This document shows, piece after piece, positions 1-11,271 of a stretch of DNA of 64,000 bases. Position 1 is the first letter of the stretch. Every line of letters begins with the position of its first letter. A program made the translations under genes and the position numbers. The notes below the pieces were generated by a model, which saw only the letters and a list, made by a program, of their open reading frames with translations, did no database searches and was not told the origin of the DNA. Origin of the DNA: an uncultured Chloroflexia bacterium (GTDB lineage Bacteria > Chloroflexota > Anaerolineae > CG2-30-64-16); NCBI GenBank assembly GCA_963810095.1, contig CAWEMM010000012.1, positions 576,001 to 640,000 of the forward strand, in the 5' to 3' direction.

Positions 1-1
1 C

Positions 2-901
2 GTGTCGAAGCTGACCACGCTCAAGGAAGCCGTCGCGTCGATCCCGCCGGGCTCGCACATTGCCTTGTCCGGCTTCGCCATCACCCGCTGCACCATGGCG
101 TTCGCCCATGAGGTCATCCGCCAGGGCATCGGGCACCTCACGATCTCTCAATGCGTCGGCGCGATGGACGCAGACCTGCTCACCGGCGCGGGTGCGGTCG
201 ACCGCCTGATCTACGGCGGCGGGTCGCTGGACCGGTTCGGGCGGCTGGCGTGTGTGAACCGCGGCATCGAGAACGGTACGCTGATCGCCGAAGAGCACAG
301 CAGCCTGTCGATCGCGTTCCGTTACCTGGCCGGCGCACTCGGCCTGCCATTCATCCCCATCCGCTCGCTGGGCGGCTCGGACCTGCTCGGCTGGCTCAAC
401 GGCCGCCCCACGTCTGCGGTCGCCTCGGTCACCGACCCCTTCACCGGCGAGCAGTGGCGGGCGCTGCAGCCGCTGCTGCCCGACGTGGCGGTCGTGCAGG
501 TGCAGGCGGCCGACGAACAGGGCAACGCCTGGATTCTCGGGCCGCGCTGGGACAACCTCGAACAGGTGCGGGCGAGCAAGCGGACCATCGTCATTGCCGA
601 GGAAATCGTGAGCACGGACGAAATTCGCAGCCGGCCCGAGATGACGGTGATCCCGGGGCTGATGGTCTCGCACGTGGCGCCGGTCCCCTTTGGCGCACAC
701 CCCACGTCGGTATACCGCTGTTACGACTACGACGCGGCGCACATCGAGGAGTACGTGCGGGCCACGGCGACCCCGCAGAGCTTCCGGGCGTACCTCGACT
801 GCTACGTGTACGGGGTCAGCAGCCACGAAGAGTACCTGGCGCGGGCCGGCGGCCTGGCCGGCGTCGAGGCCCACCGCGCCCGGCCTGAACTGGGATATTG
901 A
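2..901 (+). CDS. CoA-transferase subunit A (glutaconate CoA-transferase GctA-like, family I)
   Basis: ORF with SGF..R, D.L.GAG, GLPFIP, PDVAVVQVQ.AD..GN and PFGAHPTS motifs; followed by a B subunit. Confidence 0.85.
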   Translation: MSKLTTLKEAVASIPPGSHIALSGFAITRCTMAFAHEVIRQGIGHLTISQCVGAMDADLLTGAGAVDRLIYGGGSLDRFGRLACVNRGIENGTLIAEEHSSLSIAFRYLAGALGLPFIPIRSLGGSDLLGWLNGRPTSAVASVTDPFTGEQWRALQPLLPDVAVVQVQAADEQGNAWILGPRWDNLEQVRASKRTIVIAEEIVSTDEIRSRPEMTVIPGLMVSHVAPVPFGAHPTSVYRCYDYDAAHIEEYVRATATPQSFRAYLDCYVYGVSSHEEYLARAGGLAGVEAHRARPELGY

Positions 902-909
902 GGGGTGCC

Positions 910-1708
910 ATGATGAGCGAGAACTCGCACGCGGAGGCGACCTTGGCTCGCCCCTACACAGCGAACGAACTGATGGCTGCTGCCGGCGCGCGTGAGCTCA
1001 AGGATCACCAGGTGGTCGCAGTGGGCCTTGGCCTGCCGGTCGTGGCTTCGTTCCTCGCCAAGCACACGCATGCGCCCAACATGACGATCCTCTTTGAGCT
1101 CGGCATCATCGACCCCGAGCCCATCCACACCGGCGTGGGCCTGGCAGATCCGCGCGTGTGGCACCGGGCCCCGGTGATGAGCGGTTTTGTCGACATCCTG
1201 GGCGCGATTCTGCACCGCGGCCGTGTGGACGTCGGCTTCCTCGGCGGCCTCGAAATCGACCCGTTCGGCAACCTGAACACCACGCTGCTCGGCGATCCGC
1301 ACGGGAAGTTCCGCCACATGATCGGCAGCGGCGGCGCCAACGACATCGCCTCCTGTGCGCAGAGCACGATCATCATCATGCGGCACGAGGAGCGCAAGCT
1401 GCGGCAGCGCCGTCTCCTTCATCACCAGCCCCGGCTACATCACGGGCGGCGACAGCCGGCACGCAGCCGGTCTGCGCGGCGGACCGAGCCGGGTCATCAC
1501 GGACAAGGCCGTCTTCGGCTTTGACGACGCCACGAAGCAAATGGCGCTGATCTCCATTCACCCGGGCAACACCCTGCAGGATGTCCTGGACACGATGGGG
1601 TTCAGCCCGCTTGTTCCCGCGCACGTGCCCTTTACCGAGCCGCCGACCGCCGAACAGCTCCGCCTCATCCGGGAAGTCATCGACCCGGAGCGCAAGTATC
1701 TCGGCTAA
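910..1708 (+). CDS. CoA-transferase subunit B (joined across a frameshift near 1405)
   Basis: VGLGLP, ILFELG (catalytic Glu), GFLGGLEIDPFGNLNT and GSGGANDIAS, continuing as FITSPG...VITD in another frame. Confidence 0.85.
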
Positions 1709-1758
1709 CTAATTCCACCTGCCGACGGCTGCCAGCCGGCGTCAACAGGAGACAACGA

Positions 1759-1948
1759 ATGGCATATGTTGTGAGCAGCGAGTGCATCCTGTGCGGCGCG
1801 TGCATCGCGGGCTGCGAGTCTGCGGCGATCACCGAGGGGGAGACCCAGGCCATCATCGACCCGGCCATCTGCATCGAGTGCGGCACCTGCGAGCGGAACT
1901 GTCCTTCGCAGGCCATCGTCGTGGGAAGAGGAGCCTGTCAGCGCCTGA
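1759..1948 (+). CDS. 2[4Fe-4S] ferredoxin (probable true stop at 1946-1948 after removing one extra G near 1923)
   Basis: Two CxxCxxCxxxC motifs: CILCGACIAGC and CIECGTCERNCP. Confidence 0.85.
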
Positions 1949-2054
1949 CGTCCGGCCACTTATCCCGCACCGACAACGCCTGTGGCGTGACCTCGCCATA
2001 GGCCGGCTGAATCCCGAGCGTACCACCTTCCAAAGAAGGAAGAGAGAGGGGCTC

Positions 2055-2790
2055 ATGGCCTCGCAGTTTCTGAGGGTTGAGGACTTACAAAAATCGTTCG
2101 GCGGCCTGATGGCGGTCCGCCGCCTCGGGCTGGAAGTCGAGCAGGGCGAGATCATCGGCCTCATCGGGCCGAATGGTTCTGGTAAGACCACGACCATGAA
2201 CCTGATCACCGGCTTCCTCAAGCCCGACTCCGGCAAGATCACCTTCCAGGGCAAGGACATCACCGGCCAGCCGCGGTACAAGATGTCGTCGTCCGGCATC
2301 GCCCGCACGTTTCAGTTGGTCAAGCCCTTCCTCGGCTTCACCGCGCTGCAGAACGTCATGGTCGGCCAGCTCTACGGCCAGGCGCCCGCCCGCAGCCCCA
2401 AGGCTTCCGAAGAGTGCGTGCCGCGAGGCGCTCGAACGTGTGCGGCTGCTCGACAAGGCCGACGTGCTGGCCAAAGACCTGACGCTGATGGAGCGCAAGC
2501 GACTCGAGTTGGCCCGAGCGCTGGCGGCGAAGCCCGATCTCCTGCTCCTTGACGAGCTCATGGCCGGCCTGAACCACGTCGAAGCCGAAGATGCCATGGC
2601 GCTCGTCCGCGAAATCCGTGCCTCGGGCATCACGATCATCATCGTCGAACACATCGTAAAGGCGATCTGCGGCCTCTCCGATCGCGTCATCGTGCTGAAC
2701 ATGGGCGAAAAGATCGCCGAGGGCGCGCCCGACGCGATCATCAACGATCCTGAGGTGATCAGGGTGTACCTGGGGAAAGCGCATGCCTAG
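2055..2790 (+). CDS. livG: Branched-chain amino acid-type ABC transporter ATP-binding protein, LivG-like (frameshift near 2420)
   Basis: GPNGSGKT Walker A, GIARTFQ, LLLLDE, IVEH, VIRVYLG. Confidence 0.9.
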
Positions 2791-3529
2791 CATCACGCCA
2801 AGCCCGATGCTCAAGCTGGACCACATCAACGCCGGCTACGGCGACCTGCAGGCCCTCTGGGGCATCTCGCTCCAGGTGAACGAAGGCGAGCTGGTTGCCC
2901 TCGTGGGTCCCAACGGCGCGGGCAAGACGACGACGCTCCGTGTCATCACCGGGCTGCTCAGGCCCTGGTCGGGTACGACGGAATTCTGCGGTGCGGGTGG
3001 CGACCTGCAGGACCTGGGCAAGCACACCGCCTTCGACATCGTCGAGCTCGGCATCTCCATGGTGCCCGAGGGCGGCAAGATCTTCGCCGGCATGACCGTG
3101 CTCGAGAACCTCGAGCTGGGCGCCTATCTGGGCCGGGCGCGCAAGAACCGGGCCGAGACCCTCAAGCAGGTTTACGAGATTTTCCCGCGGCTCGAAGAGC
3201 GCAAGACGCAGCGAGCGGGCACGCTGAGCGGCGGGGAACGCCAGATGCTGGCCATGGGCCGGGCGCTGATGTCGCAGCCCCGGCTGCTGATGCTCGACGA
3301 GCCGTCCTTCGGCCTCGCACCGATCCTCGTCGAAGCCATGTTCGAAATGATCACCACCATCAACGGGCAGGGCGTCACCGTCCTGCTCGTCGAGCAGAAC
3401 GTCCGCGCCGCGCTCGAGCTGGCCAACCGGGCTTACGTGATCGAGAACGGCCGCATCGCCGGCGAAGGCGCCGGCTCGTTCCTGCTCTCGTTCGACTCCG
3501 TCCGCAGCGCTTACCTGGGCTGCGAGTGA
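2783..3529 (+). CDS. livF: ABC transporter ATP-binding protein, LivF-like
   Basis: GPNGAGKT, LSGGERQ, LMLDEPS, VEQN. Confidence 0.92.
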   Translation: MPSITPSPMLKLDHINAGYGDLQALWGISLQVNEGELVALVGPNGAGKTTTLRVITGLLRPWSGTTEFCGAGGDLQDLGKHTAFDIVELGISMVPEGGKIFAGMTVLENLELGAYLGRARKNRAETLKQVYEIFPRLEERKTQRAGTLSGGERQMLAMGRALMSQPRLLMLDEPSFGLAPILVEAMFEMITTINGQGVTVLLVEQNVRAALELANRAYVIENGRIAGEGAGSFLLSFDSVRSAYLGCE

Positions 3530-3541
3530 GAGAGGCACCTG

Positions 3542-4423
3542 ATGATCCAACCCCTGGCGCAGAACGTCGTCTTCGGGATCCTCGTCGGCGCGCTCTACGC
3601 CCTTGCGGCCGTCGGCCTGTCCCTCGTCTTCGGCGTCACCAAGTTCCTCAACGTGTCCCACGGCGAACTCCTCATGCTGGGCGGGTACGCGGCCTTCTGG
3701 GCCTTCACGCTGCTCGGCATGGATCCGTTCATGACGCTGATCCCCACGATTATCGCCCTCGTGATCATTGGGGCCGTCCTCTACCGGCTCCTCTTCTCCA
3801 GGATGGTGAAGCTGCCGGAGGAGAGCAAGATCCAGAAGACCCTCCTGGTCGGCTTCGGCCTGTCGCTCATCCTGCAGAACCTGGCGCTCCGTTTCTGGAC
3901 GGCCGACACCCGGGGCATCACGACCCCCTACTCGGGCAAGGCGTTCACGATCCTCGGCGTGCGCTTCCCGGTCGTGCGCGTCGCCAGCCTGGTGATTGCG
4001 CTGGTCGTGCTCCTCGCCCTGCACCAGTTCCTGCGCCGGACCTACACCGGCAAGGCCCTCCGGGCCACCGTCGAGAACTGGGAAGCGGCCACGCTCATGG
4101 GCATCAATATCCACGGCGTGTATCTGCTGGCGTTTGTGATCGGTGCGGCGCTGGCAGGCGTGGCCGGCGCCCTCGTCGCCGTCGGCTATGCGATCGAGCC
4201 GGTCATGGGCCTGAACTGGACCCTCAAGGGGATGATCGTCATGGTGCTCGGAGGGCTCGGCAGCATTGTCGGGACGCTTGTCGCCGGACTCATCCTCGGG
4301 GTCACCGAGTCGCTGACGGGTGCGCTCATCAGCGGGCCCTATCGCGAGGTGGTGGGGCTGGTCCTCTTCCTCCTGGTCCTCCTCCTGCGTCCGCAGGGCC
4401 TGTTCGGGTCCAAAGAGGGTTGA
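3542..4423 (+). CDS. livH: ABC transporter permease, LivH-like
   Basis: GLSLVFG..LNVSHG, TGKALRA, VLGGLGS, RPQGLFG. Confidence 0.92.
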   Translation: MIQPLAQNVVFGILVGALYALAAVGLSLVFGVTKFLNVSHGELLMLGGYAAFWAFTLLGMDPFMTLIPTIIALVIIGAVLYRLLFSRMVKLPEESKIQKTLLVGFGLSLILQNLALRFWTADTRGITTPYSGKAFTILGVRFPVVRVASLVIALVVLLALHQFLRRTYTGKALRATVENWEAATLMGINIHGVYLLAFVIGAALAGVAGALVAVGYAIEPVMGLNWTLKGMIVMVLGGLGSIVGTLVAGLILGVTESLTGALISGPYREVVGLVLFLLVLLLRPQGLFGSKEG

Positions 4424-4426
4424 TCC

Positions 4427-5410
4427 ATGAGCAGAGGCATTAAGCTCGTCCTGCTGGCGCTGGCGCTCGTCGCACTGGGCGCCGTGCCGCTCGTCGTCAA
4501 GAACGACGCGATCCTCAACCTGGCCGTGCTGGTGCTGCTTTACCTATGCCTGGCTTCGAGCTGGAACATCCTCGGTGGGTTCACGGGTCAGACGAACCTG
4601 GGGCATGCCGCCTTCTTCGGCGTGGGCGCACTGGCGACCCGGACGCTCTGGCTGAGCGGCTGGAACCTGTTCCCCAGCCTGATGGCGGGGGGACTCGTGG
4701 CGGTGGCGCTGGCCGTGATCGTCGGCGTGCCGGCCTTCCGGCTGCGCGGCGTCTATTTCGCCATCGGCACGCTGGCCCTCGCGCAGATCCTCTACATCAC
4801 GGTCGGCAATGCGCTGCCTGAGATTTCGTCCCTCCCGGCCGACTGGCTGGCGAATTACAAGCTGGCACCCCGCTACTACGTGTTTTTCGGTCTGGCAGTC
4901 GCCGTGACGCTTGCCAGCCTCTGGCTCTCCCGCTCGAAGCTTGGGTTGGGCATGACCGCAGTGCGCGAGGAAGAAGACGCCGCCGAGTCGCTCGGCGTAA
5001 ATGCGCTCCTGCACAAGCTGGCCGCATTCGGTGCAAGCGCCTTCTTCGCCGGCCTGACCGGTGGTGCGTTCGCCTACTATCACGTGGGCTTCTACCCACA
5101 GATGCCTTTCGGACCCGAGTGGACGTTTGACGCCATGATGATGGCCTACATCGGCGGCGTCGGCACCATCGCCGGCCCCATCGTCGGCTCCATCTTCTTC
5201 GTGCTGCTGAAGGAGTTGCTCGCGCTCAGGCTGGCCGAGTACCACTTGATCGTCTTCGGCGTGCTGTTCATCCTCGTCGTCCTGTTCCTGCCCACCGGGC
5301 TGGTGGGGGCCTGGAACAAGATCACTAAGTCGGCCCGGCTGCGGCTCGGCGGCAAGACGCCGCGGCAAAAAGAGGAGCCGGGCGCAGCCGCGCCGCGGCT
5401 GGGAGTCTGA
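4427..5410 (+). CDS. livM: ABC transporter permease, LivM-like
   Basis: SWNILGGFTGQ.NLGHAAFFG, RLRGVYFAI.TL, GG.GT..GP, LP.GL. Confidence 0.92.
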   Translation: MSRGIKLVLLALALVALGAVPLVVKNDAILNLAVLVLLYLCLASSWNILGGFTGQTNLGHAAFFGVGALATRTLWLSGWNLFPSLMAGGLVAVALAVIVGVPAFRLRGVYFAIGTLALAQILYITVGNALPEISSLPADWLANYKLAPRYYVFFGLAVAVTLASLWLSRSKLGLGMTAVREEEDAAESLGVNALLHKLAAFGASAFFAGLTGGAFAYYHVGFYPQMPFGPEWTFDAMMMAYIGGVGTIAGPIVGSIFFVLLKELLALRLAEYHLIVFGVLFILVVLFLPTGLVGAWNKITKSARLRLGGKTPRQKEEPGAAAPRLGV

Positions 5411-5672
5411 GTACAAGGCCGGTCATCCGACTCGATGTGACAAAAAGGCGCAGGCCCCTGAGGGAGAGGCCGCGAAAGTCGCCATCAGTTCGGCCCGCGG
5501 AGTGACTGCGCCGGCCGAACGTGACCCAAGTCTCGCGATCAGATTCGCCCATCAGCGTAAGCCTTTTGACGGGAGGGCGCCTATGGTGTGACGCAAGCGG
5601 GCTTCCCGCACGCACATCGGCCACAAAATGATTTCCACTCAACAATCAACCAAGGAGCAAGGAGGGTTCGCG

Positions 5673-7008
5673 ATGAAAACTAGAAGCGCAACTACGGTAG
5701 TTGTCTTGCTGCTGATCGCCGTGATCGCGCTCGGGTGCGCGTCGCCGGCGCCCCAGCCAGCCGCACCCGCGCCCGCCGCTACTCAAGCGCCGGCAGCCGC
5801 ACCCACGACGGCTCCGGCCGCCGCTCCGACTGAGGCCCCTGCCGCGGCCGCCAAGCCCGCGACCGGTGCTGCCCCCGAGTTCATCGAACTCGGCGCGTCG
5901 ATCCCCCTGACGGGCCGGTTCGGCTCCCTGGGCACCCAGGTCAAGCCCGGCTACGAGATCGCCATCGACGACATCAACAAGGCCGGCGGCGTCTACGTCA
6001 AAGAGTACGACAAGAAGATCCCGCTCCGCCTGACCGCATACGACGACGAATCCGACCCGACCAAGGCAGTCAGCAAGCTCGAGACGGTCTTCGCCGAGAA
6101 GAACCCGGTCGCCTACCTGGGCGGCGCGGGCAGCGACATGCACGTTGCCACCACCGCCATCGCCGAGAAGAACAAGGTGCCCTACTGCGGCATCTCGTTT
6201 GCGCTGTGGAAGGTTCATCAGAAGGGCTACAAGTACCTGTTCTCGCCGTTCGTCAAGTCGCCGGCGCAGGGCAACGACGTCTACGAGTACCTGAACGCTC
6301 AGATCCCCGAAGGCCAGCGCCCGACCAAGGTGGCGATCTTCCAGGAAAAGAGCGACTGGGGCAATGAACTCGGCGCGCTGTGGAAGGAAAACGCGCCGAA
6401 GTACGGCTACGAGATCGTCGACGTTCGAGGAGTATGCGGGCGGCACCAAGGACTTCTCGAACATGATCACGAAGGCCAAGTCGGCAGGCGCCGAGGCCCT
6501 CTTTGCGATGCCCACCCAGCCCGATGGCGTCGCGATCTTCAAGCAGATGGCCGAACTCGGTTGGACCCCTAAGTTCAGCCTGATCATCCGCGCGCCTGAG
6601 AACGTCAAGTGGTACGAGACGCTTGGCAAGACCGGCGACTACGTCACCATCTTCCCCAGCTGGCACAATGCGGAGAAGTTCCCCGGCGTGGAGCAGCTGA
6701 ACCAGGAATACCAGGCCCTGAACAAGCGGCCCGCCGACCTGCTGACCGGCCCCGCCTACGCCTGCGTCCAGATCGTGGCCAACGCCATCGAGAAGGCGGG
6801 CACGCTCGACCGCGAGAAAGTGCGTGACGCCATGGCCGCGACCGACATGATGACGGTCGTTGGCCCGGTCACCTTCAACCCGGACGGCACGGGCAAGGTG
6901 CTGAACCCGTTGATCCAGTGGCAGGACGGCAAGCTTCAATTGGTGTGGCCTGCCGACCAGGCAAGCGCCAAGCTGGTCTACCCGGCGCCCGCGTTCGATC
7001 AGCGGTAA
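5673..7008 (+). CDS. ABC substrate-binding lipoprotein, LivK/Peripla_BP_6 family (frameshift near 6420)
   Basis: Lipobox ALGC, Ala/Pro linker, G..PLTG, YDDESDP; RBS GGAGG upstream. Confidence 0.88.
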
Positions 7009-7079
7009 AATCCATCACGGCCGGCCTGTCGGGGCGAAGAATCCCGGCAGGCCGGCGGTGTCCATCCCCACGAGGCAAC

Positions 7080-8789
7080 ATGAAACTGATCTACGTTGAC
7101 ATGCATGAGCGAGAAATCCGGGAGGTCGAGGAGCCCCGTTACGAGCACTTCGGCGGCCGCGCGCTGATCGATCACATCCTGCTGGACCAGGTGCGGCCCA
7201 CCTGCGACGCGCTCGGCCCGCACAACAGGCTGATCTTTGCGCCGGGCTTGCTGGCGGGCTCGGGCGTCGCGACCGCGGGCCGGCTATCGGTGGGCGCGAA
7301 AAGCCCGCTGACCGGCGGGGTCAAGGAAGCCAATGCGGGCGGAACGGCCGGCGACACGCTGGCCAAAATGGACATCAAGGGGATTGTGGTCGAGGGCCAG
7401 CCCGAGCCGGGCGCACTCTGGCTGCTGCATGTCACGGCCGACGGAGCGCTCCTGCTTCCCGCCGAAGATCTGAAGGGCCTTGGCACCTACGCGACCGGCG
7501 ACAAGCTGCAGGAACGCTTTGGCGCGGACGCCACGGTGATCTGCATCGGGCCTGCGGGCGAGCAAGTGCTGACGGGCGCCAGCATCGCGGTCACCGGCCT
7601 GGCCGACCAGCGCAGCAACCATGCGGCCCGAGGCGGGCTCGGCGCGGTCATGGGCAGCAAGGGGCTGAAGGCGGTCGTGGTGAGCGGTAAGGGCGCGCGG
7701 CTGCGTAAGCCCGCCGAACCCGAACTGTTCAAGACCTCGAGTAAGCACTTCGCCGAGGTCCTCATCAGCGATCCGAAGACCGGCACAAAGGGATCTCAGC
7801 ACCTCTACGGCACCGCCTCCATCGTCGCGGCAGTGAACGAGATGGGGTCCATGCCCACTCGGAACTTCAGCACCGGCAGCTTTGCCGAAGCTGCGAACCT
7901 GACCGGCGAACACATGCGCGAGGTGATCCTCGAGCGCGGGGGCCTGGTGGGCACCCGGTGCATGCCCGGCTGCACGATCGCCTGCCGGAACAATTACGTG
8001 GACCAGGCGGGTGGATCGGTCGTCGGCACCCTGCAGTACGAGACCATTGCGTTGCTCGGCTCCAACCTGGGGCTGGGCAGCCTCGACCACGTCGCCCGGC
8101 CTGAATTACCTGTGCAACGACCTGGGCCTGGACACGATCGAAACGGGCGCGGCCCTGGGCGTGGCGCTCGAGGCCGGCTTGGGCGAGTTCGGCGACATGG
8201 CGAGCATCGAGGCGCTTCTCTGCCAGGTCTATGAGGGCACAGTAACGGGCAAGATGATCGGCAACGGCGCGGCGGTGACCGGGCGGTGCTGGGCGTGCGC
8301 CGCGTGCCCGTGGCACTCGGGCAGGCAATGCCGGGCTACGATCCGCGGTCGCTCAAGGGCAACGGCGTGACCTATGCCACTTCGCCGCAGGGCGCGGATC
8401 ACACGGCAGGCAACGCGTTCGGCGCGCGCAAAGAGGTCAACCCGCTTGGCGCCGGTGGACAGAAGGCCCTCTCCTTGAAGCTGCAATTGATCGGTGCTAT
8501 GCTGGACAGCACCGGGCTGTGCCTCTTCGCCCGTCCGCCCGTCCTGGCCGAGCCGCAGTTAATGGCCGACATGATCAATGGGCTGTACGGTTGGGGGTGG
8601 ACCGCGCAGGACGTAGACGCGGCCAACCGCGACGTGCTTCGGACCGAGCTGGAATTCAACCGCCGCGCTGGTCTGACCGCGGCCGACTACCGCATCCCCG
8701 AGTACATGTGCGAGGAGCCGCTTGCGCCGCACAATGCGGTGTTCGACGTGCCCGACGCCGACCTGGACTCGGTTTTCGAGACGCTGTAG
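7080..8789 (+). CDS. Aldehyde:ferredoxin oxidoreductase family (W/Mo-pterin) enzyme (frameshifts near 8098 and 8285)
   Basis: KSPLTGG.KEANAGG, AARGGLGAVMGSKGLKA, CMPGCTIAC, YET, CNDLGLDTI, GADH. Confidence 0.9.
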
Positions 8790-8818
8790 TCTTCGAGCGG
8801 CCGTTCGCCGGCGAACCC

Positions 8819-8869
8819 AGGAACCGGGTTTCTCCGGGCCAGCGACGCTGGCGCAGAAACCTGGTTCCT
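8819..8869. repeat. 'GAAACC.GGTTTC' family intergenic palindrome (copy 1)
   Basis: aggaaccgggtttct...agaaacctggttcct inverted arms; related copies at 28793, 37864 and 43521. Confidence 0.8.
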
Positions 8870-8888
8870 ACAGAGGCTGAGAGTCTTC

Positions 8889-10201
8889 GTGAGAAAAACC
8901 TATCACGTCCCGTACAGCAAGAGCACGATCGAGTTTAGCGTCCCGCCCGGTATGCTCGTCCACACGGCCGCGTCGCAGCCATGCGAGCCCGTGAGCGACG
9001 TGCCCCACGCCATTGCGCAGGCCCTTGCCCAGCCAATCGGTTCGCCGCGCCTGGCCGAGCTGGCTTCGGCGGGCACAGCGGGTGTGCATTGTCTTCACCG
9101 ACATCACCCGCGCGAGCCCCGACCACCTGCTCGTGCCGCCGCTGCTGGCCGAGCTCGAGCTGGCCGGCGTGCGGGACGAAGACATTACCCTGCTCTGCGG
9201 CATTGGGATGCACCGGCCTTCGACCCCGGCTGAGAAGATCGTCAAGCTCGGCGCGGAGATCGTGGCCCGCTACCGGGTGATCGACAACGAGCCCACTGAC
9301 CCTACTGCGCTCGTGGACCTCGGCGTGACCCCGAACGGCGTCCCCGTCCAGGTGCACCGGGCGGCAGCCGAGGCCGATCTCCTCATTGCAACGGGCATCG
9401 TCGAGCCACACCAGTATGCCGGCTACTCCGGCGGGCGCAAAACGCTGGCCGTCGGCGCGGCGGGCGAGCCGCTCATCGCGCATTCGCACGGACCCGCGTT
9501 TGTGGACCACCCCGGCACGCGCCTGGGCCAGATCGAAGGCAATCCCTTCCACGAGGCCATCACCGAGGCCGCCCGCCGCGCCAACCTGCGCTTCATCATT
9601 AACGTGGTGCTGGACGACGACAAGCGGGTGCTGAAGGTGGCCGCGGGTGCGACCGAGCCGGCGTTTGAGGCGCTGGTCGCGTTCGCCCGTTCGGTCTACG
9701 AGGTCGCCGGTGCCCCGCCAGTATGACATCGCGGTGGGCGGCGTGGGCTTCCCGAAAGACTGCAACCTCTACCAGGCCAGCCGGGCCCCCACCTACCTGT
9801 TCTTCGCGCCGACGCCCGTCGTGCGTTCCGGCGGCTTCCTGATCATCCCCGCCCGCTGTGAGGAAGGTGCGGGTGCAGGGCTGGGCGAGCAGCGTTTTCT
9901 CGCCGCCATGCGCGATGCGCCCAACATCCAGTGGATTTTGGACGACGCCCGCGCGCACGGCTACCCGCCCGGGCAGCAGCGAGCTTTCGTGCTCGCCAAG
10001 ACGCTGGAGCAGGCTAAGGTCGTGATCGTCGGCAGCGAATGCCCCGACCTGGTGGCGGACTGCAAGATGATTCCGGCCGCCACGATGGACGAGGCGTTCG
10101 CGATGGCCAGCGCCGCGCTGGGAAGCGACGCCAGCGTGCTGGTCGTGCCGCACGCCATGCTGACCCTGCCCGTCGTCACGCGTGGGCTTGCGGGGGCATA
10201 G
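8889..10201 (+). CDS. larA: LarA-family nickel-pincer 2-hydroxy acid racemase/epimerase (frameshifts near 9070 and 9707)
   Basis: D.TR..P, GMHR, EPHQYAGYSGGRK, H.H, GNP.H, D.NLYQ, C.EG.G motifs. Confidence 0.88.
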
Positions 10202-10211
10202 GGGACTGCGA

Positions 10212-11232
10212 ATGACAAAGTCACGCCTCATGCCGGCGCTCCAGATCACCCGCCCGCGCACGTTTGTGCCGGTCGAGGTGCCCATCCCGACGCCCGAGTC
10301 CGTGTCCGTCCCGGCGATCCTCGTCCGGACCTTCTGTGTCTCGCTGTGTGGCAGCGACATCCCGAAGTTCACCGGCAGCAAGCGCCTGTTCGGCTATCCG
10401 CTGCCGCCGGGGTCCAGCGCCCACGAGTGCCTGGGCCAGGTCGTCGAAAGCACCTCTGACCAATTTGCGCCCGGGGAGTGGGTCATCGCGCTGCCCGAGA
10501 GCGACAAGGGGCTGGCGCAGTACTTCGTCGCGCAGGCCGCCAAGGCCGTCAAGCTGCCGTCCGACTTGGCGACCGCAGAAGAAAACACGCTGATCCAGCC
10601 GCTCTCGACCGTGCATCAGCGCGGCGGACCGTCTGCCGCCCGTTGCGGGCAAATCCGTCGCGGTCGTGGGCCTGGGCTCCATCGGGCTCATGTTCTGCTG
10701 GCTGCTGCGCCAGCAGGGTGCGGCCAGGATCATGGGGATCGACCCTTGCGAGTCACGGTGCGAACTGGCGCTGCAGTTCGGTGCGACAGACGTGCGGCCG
10801 GCGCGGAGCCTCGAAGTGGTGCACGCGGCCCGGCAGAGCCCGCAGCAGTGGGAACAGCCCGACATCATCGTGGAGGCGGTCGGCCACAACACCGAGACCA
10901 TCAACGACTGCTTCGAACTGGTCAAGCGCCGGGGGACGGTCCTCGCGTTCGGCGTGCCCGACCAAAACGTTTATCCGATCGAATACGAAAGCTTCTTTCG
11001 CAAGAACGCTCATTTGATAGCCGCGGTCACTCCCGACTGGAGCCCGTACCTGCTCAAGGCACGCGATCTGTTCCTGTCCTGCCGCAACGAGTTACGACCG
11101 CTGATCACCCATCATTTCTCAATCCTGGAGGCCGGCGCGGCCTATACAATGTACGAGCGGCACGCAGCGGGCATCATCAAGCCCCTGCTGGACGCCTCGT
11201 GCTGGGAGCTTTCGGGCGAATGCGCCGGCTGA
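10212..11232 (+). CDS. Zn-dependent medium-chain dehydrogenase (frameshift near 10620)
   Basis: LCGSD, HE, GLGSIG Rossmann motif, EAVG; no structural-zinc Cys lobe seen. Confidence 0.8.
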
Positions 11233-11271
11233 ACCGGAGCGATGCGCCGAACCATTTCGGCGGGGAGCGGT

